64,000 nucleotides of DNA from assembly GCA_030704615.1 (NCBI GenBank), contig CM060731.1, positions 6,262,001 to 6,326,000 of the forward strand. The letters run 5' to 3'. Numbering within the stretch: the stretch's first letter is position 1; the number at the start of each line of letters is the position of its first letter. Below the pieces are notes generated by a model. The model did not search any database and was not told the DNA's origin. It saw only the letters and a program-made list of their open reading frames with translations. The stretch is from Takakia lepidozioides (taxonomy: Eukaryota > Plantae > Bryophyta). Shown here in pieces: positions 50,301 through 61,833 of the stretch. Position numbers and translations under genes: made by a program.

Positions 50301-51878
50301 GATTTTGTCTTCCATATTTTTTGCAGGCGCCGCATAGATCATGAAAGATGTACCTGTCTTCGTAGCTTGTAGAAATGTTCTTGCCCCAATGAGTTTTGGT
50401 CGAATGAATCTCCGTCCTTGGCGTTGTTTAGTCCTTGCGAATATTTTTCTTGTAGACCAGTCGATATCTGGATTGTGTAAGTTAAGTCAAGACCGCCCCA
50501 AGATTATTGGGTTCGAAGATGATTTGATGATGTTGAACACAATATTTGACACAAATTCTTCGTGGTGTACTTTGAGAGGTTGAGTCTCCTGAGTCACGTC
50601 TCCTGGAGCGAGGATACGTCCGTCGATAACTTCACAAGTTGCAGGGTTTTCTTTCTTCATCAGCTCCAGATATTCTTGTGAGCAAATTCTTTGTCGATGA
50701 AACATGTTGTAGTACCACTGTCTACTAAAGCTTCTATATGTATTATGCGTCATGTGATATGTATATCTATAGGGATCGTGAAACTTGATACAGGGTCTGG
50801 GGGTAGGAATAGACCCTTTGTCTTCCTTTGATTCGTATTGGATAGCCGCAATGCCCCTATTGGGGCTGGACAACCTCGTTTTCCGCCTGGTCTGCTCCGT
50901 TGGTAGTAGCTATGCTTCGAACCTTGTACCGTTCTTTTGTTGTGACAATTGGATGTAAGATGTCCAGGTTCTCCGCAATATAAACAAAGTCCTAGCAGTC
51001 GGCAACGTTATTTTTCTTCTGGCGTGAGGGGTTTGAATCGCACAACATCAATCTGCATAGGTTCGTAATCTCTCGTTGAACTGCTGGGTGTCGTTTGTGG
51101 AGTGGGAGGTAGGGCCATTGTTGGGCGTCCAAAGGATCTGAGTCTTTTTTCTTGTCGTCTTTCATATAGTCGATTGTCGCAGGCGATGGCTTGGCTAGTG
51201 AACTCGCTCAAAGTAGCCACCTTTGGCATGGTAAGCATGAGATCTTTTACATCATTTCGAAGTCCTCAACGAAATTGGCTATTGTAGTTGTTTTCATTCC
51301 AATTTACATCGGATGCTAACTGTCAAAATTCTGCAGCATAGGTTGATGCAGGGCGAGCTCTTTGTCGTAGAATTCGAATTTTTGTATCGGCAACTCTTTC
51401 ACGATCAGCTTCATCAAACGTTGCACTAAACTCCGCAAGAAAACTTTCAAAGTCGTAGAGCAATGGTGAGTTTTTTTCGAGCAATGGTGCAAACCATGAC
51501 AAGGCGGTTCCTGAAAGTAAGGTCCCTATCAATCCAACCTGGGAGGCACTGTCAGGGTACCGGTCATGCTGCATGAGGAGCCGTACTTGTTGAACAAACC
51601 CTCGAAACTTTGACCTCGTTCCATCAAACTTTTCAGGCATGCTGACCTTTGGTTCTTTTGTTTGTAGTTGTATTGACGTCGCGGCAGTACTAGAAGTCCC
51701 CGGGCGGTCTGTACCGGTTTCACGTAGCTCTTGAATTTGTCATTGGAGATCTTGGACAGCCGGAGCTAAAACTTGAGGTCGATCGGCTTGGAATTGGAAG
51801 TTTGTCTCTTGAAGTTCTTGAAGTTGTCGTTGAAGATCATGCATCATTGCAACGATCGCGGCAAGAGATTCTTCCATA
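47393..51878 (-). pseudogene. Degenerate gag-pol of the chromovirus including the chromodomain
   Basis: EEFEVEAILDSR...YLVHWRGYD..E.TWEP (47393 ORF); integrase, RNase H, RT, protease and Gag fragments broken by stops and frameshifts. Confidence 0.92.
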
Positions 51879-51931
51879 ACAAATTATGAGACACACGACA
51901 AAAATGAAAAAAAAAAACAGTCTCGTCAAAC

Positions 51932-52378
51932 TGTCACGGACGAGATAGTGCTAAACTACAAGCAAGAGATCCGAGTAGAGAGGACTCAATAGAAACTCAA
52001 TGGATAGAAGTGCAATCTCTATATATGGTAGAATAAGAACACAAAATGCTGAACTGGAACTAGAGAATACCTCAAAATTGTGTTGGCGAGATTAAGGGGT
52101 CCTTTGTCTCGCCTCCTACTTATACTCCATATTCTAGTTCTCTAAGGATCCTTCCGGAGAAGCTTCTTTGGTGCTAAGGAAGTTTCTCGGGAAGTTTTCT
52201 AACCGCTTATAGACGAAGCTTCTTAAGAAGTTTCTTTATTTTGCAGGAAGTTTCTTGGGGAGTTTCCTAGCTAGCTTAGGGATCTTCTAGAAAGGTCTAG
52301 AAAGTTATAGAATGAAGTTTCTAGAAGCTTCTAAGAAGGTCGTAGATATATGGTGTAGTTTTATTTATGTCTGTAACA
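51932..52378 (-). repeat. 5' LTR of the chromovirus
   Basis: Direct repeat of 34427-34856 with small indels. Confidence 0.95.
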
Positions 52379-52379
52379 C

Positions 52380-53590
52380 ATGCGGGCTAAGATGCAGAGC
52401 CCTCCAGATGGTATCATCAACAAGGTGGACCTACAGTGGACTCCACATGTGACTGTAGGACGTGGACACTACAAAGACACTTGTACCGACATCATACCAT
52501 GGCATCGTGTGAAGGGGAGCAGAACAATCATCAATTTCCTACTAGTTTCACCAAAGAGGTCATGAAGAGAAATGCTCCTCGATCTATCACCCACCCACGA
52601 CAAACAATAGCACTTTGCTTGTGAGGTGAGCTATCAAGTGCACTATCAAAACTGTCATTGGAACTCAAACTTTGTGTTTCAAACAATATTGCATCTGATA
52701 TATATATATCTGGAATTTGTGAACATATATCATTGCTGTTAATATGGCCCTAAAGACTATAGAAGTCCATTCTCAACTCTTCCAAAGAAAGGCTCGAAGG
52801 ACGGCGAGTTGATTGGTTGATTTATCAGTTGGCAGGTGATGTAGTCGCACATTATTGGTATCATGTACAATGCAAAGCATTTGGTTTTGTGCGCAACAAA
52901 CGCCAAGAGGGTATTGTTTTGTAGTACTGTTCTACGTGTAAGAAGCATACCTACAAATGACCAGGTTGTTGCGTATGTGGCTTCCGTAAATAACCCACCT
53001 TTGGTCTGGACTGTGCACGCACCCGAAAGTGAATGGATCCAGTGTGACTATCTTGTTGCCTCACTGGGATACATTTGCAAATACGTTGTGAAGGTATTCA
53101 AGCTCTTGCACCCGGAGGATGGGTCCATAATTCATTTGGCAGGCACTCTAAGAGGTACAAAATATGGAGGTTTGAATCTCATTTCAAATCAAGGCATGCT
53201 CACTCCAATGAAAAATGAGGGAATTGTTGGAGACGATGTGCTGCAGGCGCATAGGCAACACCTCGGAGTATAAGACAAAGTCCTTCAGGTCTTGGTAATT
53301 TCCCAAAACCGTGTGACGAAAGGCCATACATGAAGTTTTTGAACAAATACTGCAAGTAGCATGTGAAAATGATGTATTGCAGGACCATGTCTTGTCAGAC
53401 TTGAAAGCTCTTAGAGGCAAACAACAAGATAGCTAGAGGCATTACAAATGTAGAACACCCAATAGCACCAGCACTTTTCCCTGTGGCAGAGGATGGTGAC
53501 AAGTGACTGAAATGTCGTAGAGGCATTCTTGAGGGGATCGCACCCAAGATCACCAATCGGCAGGAATGGGCTCGTAAGCGCATTCTCATA
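52380..53590 (+). pseudogene. Second, decayed SWIM/MULE transposase-like copy; the chromovirus inserted at its 5' end
   Basis: MQSPP...DLQWTPH...IIPWHRV..EGEQNN..FPT.F aligns by eye with the 32423-32773 ORF; degenerate SWIM WIQCDY.VASLGYICKY; C-terminal DGDK*LKCRRGILE resembles DGCGNSIVRMKDFLE. Confidence 0.7.
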
Positions 53591-53959
53591 TAGGCTAGAC
53601 AAATGTCCTTAGTAATGCCAGCTTCTGTATTGCATGCACATGGACGTTGCTCAATAGTGTCAAGAAGTTATGTTCAGTACACCAGAACATGTGTTTTCCG
53701 TTCTGCTTTGAAATTTGTATTTTCCTTCACATGCTACATGCAGTATCAAGCAAAGTATTCTCAGGTACAAATTCACTTCTTACATGTTATTGTTTTACTG
53801 GTGTGTGCTCATATTGTATACAGCTACAGTATTCATGGTGGTGTGTGCGATTATGTGGAATATTTTATATGTGTTGCTATATTGTGATGGTTCTAAGTAT
53901 TCATATAACAAAGCCCATGATAACCACATCTACTGGCATGACATAATAGGTTTACTTGG

Positions 53960-54453
53960 CACATATTGATTTTGTCACGGTCTAGATAGGGCTCTCCTAT
54001 TGCTCTACCATAGACTTCAGTGCAATACTTGCTCACCTTGTTATTGCTCTGCAACATAGTTTGGTGCAGTACTTACATTATTTGCTGTGCTCTACAACAT
54101 TATTTGCTGCAATGCAATAGGGTCATGTTTATTCTTCCTGTCAAGTATACGGATAACAAAGCCCCTGATAATCACATGCAGTTTGCTTGGGGGCAGAACA
54201 TCAAATACACATTCAGTGTTGGGAATTCAAGGAGTTAGGCTTTTAATAAGTACTACTATGTACACATATTGATTTTTTCACGTTCTCTAGGGCTCTCATA
54301 TTGCTCTACAATAGACTTCAGTGCAATACTTGCTCACCTTGTTATTGCTCTGCAACATAGTTTAGAGCAATACTTACTTCTTTGTGCATGCTCTACAACA
54401 TTATTTGCTGCAATGCAATAGAGTCATGCTTCTTCTTCCTGTCAAGTATAAAG
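53960..54453. repeat. Local direct duplication of about 190 bp (53960-54153 and 54263-54453)
   Basis: Shared text cacatattgatttt...gacttcagtgcaatacttgctcacc...cttcctgtcaagtata. Confidence 0.85.
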
Positions 54454-55266
54454 ATGCCACTAGAGTGTGACCTAAGCAGGATTGCAATAGAGACAGTTGT
54501 TACGGAGGACTGCCCTGCCAAACAACATTTGTAGTCAAGCATGAATAAGTTCGAATAAGTTCAAATGAAAGCTGGGTAAGTTGTAAAGACAAAGAACAAT
54601 AGTAACATGAGGATGTAGGCATGGATTTCAGTGTGCATAGATAGATTCTAAAGATCATAAACAATGTTGTGATTGTCAAAGTTCAATGAGAGGTTCGAGC
54701 TCCCTCGCATTTGTCTTCTCATGGGGCATACTGAACAAGACATTTACTAAACTAGGGTGTGAGTCCAGGGACGGTATGTCGATCAATGATTGCTGTGGCC
54801 GTGCGCACATGAGACATGAAAACAACATTTTGGGGTGTTGTGAAGCATTGTGGACTGTAAAGTTCCCTTCCAGAGAGATGAAATTCCCCCCTAATGTTGA
54901 GCTGACCCGATTTTGGAGGAAGAAGAAATCGTGTCAAGAGTTTTAAGCACATGAATAATGCAAATGGATGACTTAGGGTACCATGAATGATTGCAATATG
55001 CAGTGTACTCAAGACTGCCTCCCAAGACCACACCCACAGTTCATCTGAGCAAGCACAGGGGCAAAGAAGGGGAGCCAAAGAGAGTTAGAAGTAGAATACA
55101 ATGTGTAGCTGCTAATCTTCGTCTGGCTGTTGACCCTTAGTAGCTCTTCCAGCGCTGTTTGCAGCTTCTGTGCTGCAGTCATCGGACCCCAGGCACCTTT
55201 CACAAGCTTTCAGTCCACTGTCATCACCCAAAATTGTTTGAAACAAAAACTTCCACATCCCAAAGC

Positions 55267-56481
55267 CTACGTACTGGCGCCTACACAAAACTTTCCTGTC
55301 GTTGTCGTCCCCGTGCCCCAGTCCAATCCTGACGCTAGTGGTCTCACATCAAACAACCACGACTCTTCACGACATTCAAACACCAACGTCCCTTCTTTCT
55401 TGAGGGCCACGAAGACTACGTGATCGCTCCACCCTTGCACATGCCACGTGCAACCTCCGCTATAGCGAGCGAGCAACTGTTTCAAGACGTCGCGAGGAAC
55501 TTTGGGCAACTTCCTCCATTTTCGAGTGGAAGGATTATACTCCCACAAACTCGGTACATAAAAATGATTAGGGACCTTCGTCAAGCAATTCAGCTTAACC
55601 AGCGTCAGAAGGCCTCGATTCTCCACCAATTTTACGACTACCGTATCAATTCTGGGAAATAGTGTTGTCGGAACCTCCGCCCATACTCCAATCTCGATGT
55701 CATAAGCGAAGAGTCGAGGGTCGGATATCATGGGGTAAAGCAGTGCGTAAAACACTTTACCGCATTTCGCAATCCTCGTCCACGGACGTCCGCTTAGGGC
55801 GAGAGGAATAGGCACACGTTGAGTCTCGTTCCACGAGTTGGAGATAGAGTCGTACACCAAAGTCATATGCAATTTGCCATCCACTATCCACAATTTGTAG
55901 TTCCCCGTCATGTTGTCCACCACCAACTCCTCTAACATGAGCCTGTGGCGATGGTGCGACTCATATGTAGCAGGCACCCTCGGCAATTGTCTCCAACACT
56001 TCAAGATGGGGTTGAACACAGTGTAGTAGGCACGCTCCTCAGGATGGAGATTAGAAGTTGATTTGATACAAAACAGACCTCCATCTGCAGAACATAAACG
56101 GTGACTTACATCGCTCATCTCTAGGCCAGGCAAATGAGGTGCGAGGAAAGAGAGGTCCAGCGTGTGTGACAGTCTCCTTGAAATATCAAAAAACTTCATG
56201 ACACTTACTACCCCACTAGGTAAGAAAAAAATGAATAAAGGCTCCAGTTGATCAAGACTAAGTTTGTTACGGAGATCCATAAAACCCGAGGTTGTCTGCA
56301 AGGATTGCCACCGCTTGCACACCATCCGTACACGGCAGAGATCTGAGCAAAGTAAGCATGCCAAGATTTTGTCCAACAACTCCGACGGCAGCCTACTCCA
56401 CACCCGCTCGTCCATGGGCTGTGGTGTATCATGGCCTACAATATCCGAACAACCACCCACCCTCCGCGTACATAATTCCAT
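55267..56481 (-). CDS. F-box protein with kelch-like beta-propeller, intronless
   Basis: MDERVWSRLPSELLDKILACL...RVRMVCKRW F-box; SADGGLFC, VFNPILKCWRQLP, VYDSISNSW and AYDIEIGVW repeats; intact 404-aa ORF. Confidence 0.88.
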   Translation of the reverse strand: MELCTRRVGGCSDIVGHDTPQPMDERVWSRLPSELLDKILACLLCSDLCRVRMVCKRWQSLQTTSGFMDLRNKLSLDQLEPLFIFFLPSGVVSVMKFFDISRRLSHTLDLSFLAPHLPGLEMSDVSHRLCSADGGLFCIKSTSNLHPEERAYYTVFNPILKCWRQLPRVPATYESHHRHRLMLEELVVDNMTGNYKLWIVDGKLHMTLVYDSISNSWNETQRVPIPLALSGRPWTRIAKCGKVFYALLYPMISDPRLFAYDIEIGVWAEVPTTLFPRIDTVVVKLVENRGLLTLVKLNCLTKVPNHFYVPSLWEYNPSTRKWRKLPKVPRDVLKQLLARYSGGCTWHVQGWSDHVVFVALKKEGTLVFECREESWLFDVRPLASGLDWGTGTTTTGKFCVGAST

Positions 56482-56537
56482 GGCCTTGCTCCACTGAAAA
56501 CTTGTGTGGTGGCATCAACCACAAAATACAACTCCTG

Positions 56538-56665
56538 CCCCCAAGGGCTTCTCTCTCCTCTCTCTCTCCCCCAAGCTTAAATGGTGGCACCGGGTCGCCT
56601 CGTCTTCAATGTGATGCCACCATTTAAGCTTGGGGAGAGAGAGAGGAGAGAGAAGCCCTTGGGGG
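56538..56665. repeat. Near-perfect inverted repeat, arms 52/51 bp, 25-nt loop
   Basis: 56538-56589 is the reverse complement of 56615-56665 apart from one C indel. Confidence 0.92.
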
Positions 56666-56829
56666 GTCGGGGTCGCCCGTCTTTTCATCCAGGGAATATC
56701 TCCCAGGGATGAAGTCGGATGAAAGAAGTTGCTAAACGAAAAAGGTCGCTGCCAGCGAGCTCTACACGCTGGACTTTACGGCGGCCGAAAACGAGATCTA
56801 CAGCGACGTCGGGGATTTTTGCAAGTGAC

Positions 56830-57165
56830 AGTTAGAAAGTATGCAGGGTGCTGCATGGAGGTGGACAACCAGGGGCGTACGTTGATTGTAAGTGACGAGT
56901 GCATCCACAAAATGAGGAATCAATGCTGAGTTGAAGAGATTGTTTGGGCAGATAAAGGACGCATGATACGTCCCTAACTTGTGTTGTATTGCATGATCCA
57001 GAGGAGATCAAGGATTTTCTCTTTGCGACCGTGAGAAGCTGGCCTTTGGGCTGTCTGCATCACCAACAGTTTTGGGCTCTGACTCCACCTGCGCGGACAG
57101 CACCGACCTCTCGCGGGAGAGCCAGTTAAGGACAAACTGTGTAATGTGTTTGGTTTGGGGATCAG
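56830..57165 (+). pseudogene. Decayed PPR E+/DYW fragment, paralog of 63605-63990
   Basis: Shared text gctgcatggaggtggacaaccaggg.cgtac.ttgattgtaagtgac...gaggagatcaaggattttctctttgcgac.gtgagaagctggc. Confidence 0.8.
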
Positions 57166-57275
57166 CTTTGCACTCTTAAGCGACCTGGGCAGGTGTCAAG
57201 CAAGCGGTACTAGTCACGTTCGCCGAACCCATTCACTAATCTGGGGCTGACTTCAAGGAAGCAATGGCAAGCTCA

Positions 57276-57563
57276 CTAGTTGGCTCCTCACTGCAAGTGT
57301 GTCTAGTGTCTACCACTACTCGTGCTACGTTTAGTCCTCTCCGTACACTCAATCATAGATCTTGCGATTCCAAGTACAATTTCCGGCCACTCGCGTGTCG
57401 ATCAGCAATGACTGAAAATCCTTCGCTGCACTAAACTTGTGCTTTGGGGAGAGAAGCTTATGAATTGGCCAGGGATCCCCTGGCCCCGCATATTTTATCT
57501 TCAAAACCGTACTTAGCTCCACATGACCTGCTACATTAGTCCGCCTTCAGCAGCGGTGTGTCA
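57276..57563. repeat. Second copy of the ~290-bp dispersed repeat, lacking the MULE (empty site)
   Basis: Colinear with 26912-27083 joined to 33700-33815; single GTGCTTTGG at 57439-57447. Confidence 0.9.
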
Positions 57564-57861
57564 CTGTTTGCGCATGCCATTCAGTTTCAGTAATAGTCTT
57601 GATCCCTCGCTCTTCCCAGTCACAGTTTTGAGCACCTCCAAAAGTGGACCTAAACAGAAATATTCGTTGGCCAATTACGCCTTGAGAGCGCCTCACATTT
57701 CAAATCTTTCAAACCTGGGGCTTTCCCTTGATGAAATCTGGCTGAAAGGCTAGACGGAATCACAAAAGCTATTGAGTGTTTAGGCAGGCTTCATAGACGA
57801 AGTAGGATAGGGGTGGACGAGAGGAGGAGTGTGAGGGTTTTAGCAGGAAACAGTGTGGGGG

Positions 57862-58150
57862 TCATGTGTGGATCCTCGCCTTGCTGCTAGCAGCTGACAA
57901 TGACAGCCTAGATTTGTTCTACGCACACCCCAGCCCTAGTGAATTTCTCCGAAGACTTCAATTTGTGCTGGGTCAGAGAGGATGACCGTTTCAAACAAAC
58001 CTTTGCATTGCATCCTGTTGTCTCCTTCTCTCTGTAATCTAACAGGCATTCACCTTCTTGCCTCGGTTGTCCCACCATTGACTGGTCAGCAATATGTTCC
58101 TTCCAAAGGTGGGTTGTAACCAAAAGTGTTTTCTGCTTTCCTCTTGATTC
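57862..58150 (-). pseudogene. Inverted paralogous fragment of the PDF-motif exon and following intron of the first PPR gene
   Basis: LWKEHIAD/SQWWDNRGKK|gtgaat matches 9982-10075. Intron blocks gttagattacagagagaag and tagaacaaatctaggctgtcattgtcagct match about 10081-10130 and 10229-10258. Confidence 0.8.
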
Positions 58151-60335
58151 CGGCTGGAGATGGAAGTGTGTTCCTGCATTCTCCCGAGCGCACATGTGGA
58201 TTCTATACTCAAGGCATCTTCTTGAGGCTTCACATCATGCAGGGTAGTAAGGGGCTGGTCTATGGAGCTGAAATCAGCAGCCCTCTTGGTGTTACTTAAT
58301 TAGCATTCCTGAATGTGTGGGAGGGATAGCCACCCGGTCGCAAGTGACTCATCCCTTGGCACAGCATTGTGTGAAAGGAAGTGCTCTCGAGTGGAATCGA
58401 TAATATGGGGCACTGAAGGACACCCTTTGTTAATTGCATTGCAAGAGACGGTGTTACAACATGCTAGAAAACAGGCTTGATTTTAGTGTCCTTGACAGGG
58501 GTGGAACTGTATAGTTTCCTATTTGAGTTGCCCATCCAGCAAAGTGGACTACCTATGATGCACATGGCAATTTCATTGCATACTGCTGTTAACAATGTAC
58601 TATATAAGAGCCTGGGACTCTTGCTTTCGTGTACAGCATTGTGTGAAAGGAAGTGCTCTCGAGTGGAATCGATAATATGGGACTGGTTTTTAGTGTCCTT
58701 GATGAATTTCTGGCCATGAGTGCTCTGCTGTGGTGTGCAAACTCAGGGGCAATAGTCTCGAAGAGCTGTTGTATGGTGCACAGTACCATTGAGAGCTAAA
58801 CCACAGACTGTACTTTGAACATTAGAGTGCAATTGCATCACAGATGATTGCTGAGGGGCATTGTCGAGGTGCCTTTCACCCATCATGTGAATGGATTTGT
58901 AGGCATGAACGATTGAAGGTGGTCTCTGTGCAATGCCTTTGCTTCTGTGTTGTTGTGTATGGTTCCTCTGGAAGGAATCTTAGCAAGCCATCTGACATTG
59001 TTGGTATGGTTGGGTTTGTAGAAGTGCCTCTGGCCACTGTTTAACAAACAGCTGTGCAAAGCAAACAAAGTCCTGAGAGAAGGAGCACGTGAAGATGAGG
59101 AGCACATGAAAGAAGCACCAGAAGTACAAGAAGGTGCTCCTGTTTTATCAACAAAGTTGTCCCGTACCAGTTACCTTTGCATGTGTACTGGGTACTGAAA
59201 ATCATATGATGGCGAATGTTGTGGTAACTGAAAGGAAGGGAGTTGTGGTGGGGGGAGCAGCATGGTGAGACGAAGCTGCATCGAGAAAAGTTTATGACCC
59301 CAACTGAGGCTTCAATACTGAACTGAGGGTATGCTTACATCCCAGTTGATGTCTACGTTAAGGGTCTATGGCACCGCCACGGTCAGACATCAATGGCAAG
59401 CACCATCTATCTACTCTTCCTTCACAATCTCCATGCTTCTTATTTACACGTTCATATCGAGGATTTTCCTTTGCTAGTGTAGTGGTCATTGGAAAGCGAG
59501 CTAGTAGAGGTCTTTCCCAATTGTAGACTACTATTCAAGATTAGTGTGTGTAACAGTAAGTTTTTGGATTGTTTGTAACAGTTTGAATGAAACACTAAGC
59601 AAAATGCCACTGCAAATAAAGAGTTACTTCTTGGGAGTCATTATACAATTGTACACTAAAGAAATATGCACCAACAGCACCAGCCATTGCCATCATGGAC
59701 ACTGGATGGTAGCCATGAGCATTTTTTCATGTAAGGACGTCATTTGGCAGGCAGCCTTAACAACCTAAATGAACAACACCAGATATCCCCACTACCCTTC
59801 CAAACACCTGCTCTATAGGCTGGCAAGGTAAGTCCTGCTCTATATAGGCAAGGCAAGGTAGTTTGACCACCGGTGCAAGCCATCAAGTGCAGTAGATACA
59901 CATTCTCAGTTGTCGAGCATCTGAATGAGGACAGGTTGAGTAGAATGTAGTTGGTCACTTCTCCTTCAATGCTTGAATGGTAGTGGAGTATTCAATGTTC
60001 TGCCAGAGGTAAACGCTGATCATGTAGGCTTACACCACAATCTGTGACTTCCTTGACGGATTCCGACGGTTTGCCAAGTGCCATCTCCCACCGAGGCCGG
60101 GTTCCGGGAGTGTCCGATGCACATGGATGACAAATACGGCACCGCATTTCCATCCAAAGGATGAAAATGCAATGTGACCAGCACTCTTCTCTGTCAGCAA
60201 TGATCATCCGTCCATATCGAATGAAGACGTACTTTTTTTCAAATCGGAATAAGGAATGCCAGTGCCTCCAAACCCGCAGAGGACAAGGGCATATCCCTGC
60301 GTCGGGAGTTTCCGAACGTTTTTTCGCTTGGTAAC

Positions 60336-60431
60336 GGACGCCCCCAGTGTTTGCAGCTTTGGCAACAACGAGAGTTTGAGGGACGGACGCCCGCAGTGTT
60401 TGCAGCTTTGGCACCAACGAGAGTTTGAGGC
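60336..60431. repeat. Tandem repeat, 2 x ~49 bp
   Basis: ggacgccc.cagtgtttgcagctttggca.caacgagagtttgagg occurs twice. Confidence 0.85.
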
Positions 60432-61833
60432 CTTCCGTGGCGCTGTCCATCCCCCTCCTTACCCCTGCATGCCACTTCACATTCTCTTCTTCTGCTTCCC
60501 TGGAGGAGGACTTGCGGGCGATGCAACGATCAACTGACGGTGAAGAACTTGGCCAATAAATTTCGACCTGTGTTTGGGATGATGCGAAGCTGTCACCTCT
60601 TGCAAGATGGGGTTCGTTCGACAGTCACGTCATCCGGGGATCCGCCGTCCTTGCAAGACTGGCCCTCGGTTGAGATCTTCCGGAAGGTATGGGCTGCACT
60701 CTCTGTTACCTCCTCTGCATTCTCGCAACTGCATTGCGTCAAGATTTGTATCAGACAGTTTCGGTCGAATTGTGGGGCGGTGGAGACCATTGGAGGACGA
60801 GAAGTTTTGCGGAAAGGGGAACAAGCAAGCAGGTATAGGGAGATCTGTCAGTGGCCTCATCCTCCTTTGGTCACATTCTGCGAAGAAATTGCCAACACAG
60901 TGCAACTAGTTGGCCGTAAGAGTCGTGACACGGAGATGAAGTGCTTCAATACTCGGGAAGTTTTGGCGAGATCCAACCTGGCTGTCCCAAAGACTGATGC
61001 TGAAACACATGTTCCGAGTTGGTATGCTATTTCAATAAACCTCTCTACCAATGGTGAGTAAAGAGAATGTGCTCATAAGACGTTGTTTGCCGTAGCCATG
61101 GGAGTAAAGAGAGATGAAGTACAAGGGTTCCTGTTACACGTGGTAAAATAGAAAGCAGAGTGCAGAATAGGAAGATCAAAGTTGATTTTTGTATTGCTGA
61201 CTCGCATCTTCCCAGTTAGGGATGGTGATTCCCACATGTCGGTGTCTCACTAAAGATCACCGAGGTTGAGTCAGTCCATGCAAAGGACAGTAGCTATTGG
61301 GGATGGGTTGTCCAAATGGTGTTGTCATTGTTGATGACAATGGCGGGACAGGTTAAATGGATACATGATAAATTCCGTTCACTGTTATCTGAACTCCATT
61401 GCCACTCTTTGTTGTACAAGAAAGTGGATAAAGACCATGTTGGGATGGCAGTTGGGATACTTTGGCTGAGAGTTCAGGGCACCATGTGAAGAGTGTGGAC
61501 ATGATTATCTCTCTGGATTAGTTGTATGGCGTGTTCTGATTAGTACTCTCATCATGAGGGGAGACAGTGAGCCACCCATTGCATATTCCCTGAGAAAACA
61601 TTATATTGCAGTGCATGACACTGTTGCCAGACACGGGTCTTGGCTATTACTGCATACAAGGACTGAAATAATCGTATTGCAGCTTAAATTTGAGTTGGTA
61701 ATGTGCTGCAAGCATGTGATGTAGAAAGGTATTTGGGGTGTAGCAAGGAACTTCTCCTCATGCAGAGATCTTTCTTTGAAATATGGAGGAACTCTGAGTG
61801 TCAAGATTTGAAACTGAGGTTGGGTCATGCAGG

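Larger units (their letters stand above)
34427..52378 (-). mobile_element. Ty3/gypsy chromovirus (Tcn1-like), degenerate; interrupted by the element at 35121-47043
   Basis: LTRs 34427-34856 and 51932-52378 (TGT...ACA); TSD CATAC / CATGC (1 mismatch); PPT GAGGAGGGGATGA on the minus strand at 34857-34869. Gag (PEKFDG, CLYCGEPGH), protease (ALVDSG), RT (YLDD), RNase H, integrase and chromodomain all lie on the minus strand. Confidence 0.95.

Noticed and set aside
26910-57563. The ~290-bp direct repeats as LTRs of a giant retroelement
   Set aside because: Copy 2 lacks the TG start, the flanks (ACAGG vs CTGTT) are not a TSD, no PBS or PPT is visible, and COG3 does not resume after copy 2.
59992-61061. 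ORFs of 162 and 173 aa upstream of the second PPR
   Set aside because: No recognisable domain, partly generated by a tandem repeat; they could hide 5' exons but this cannot be supported.
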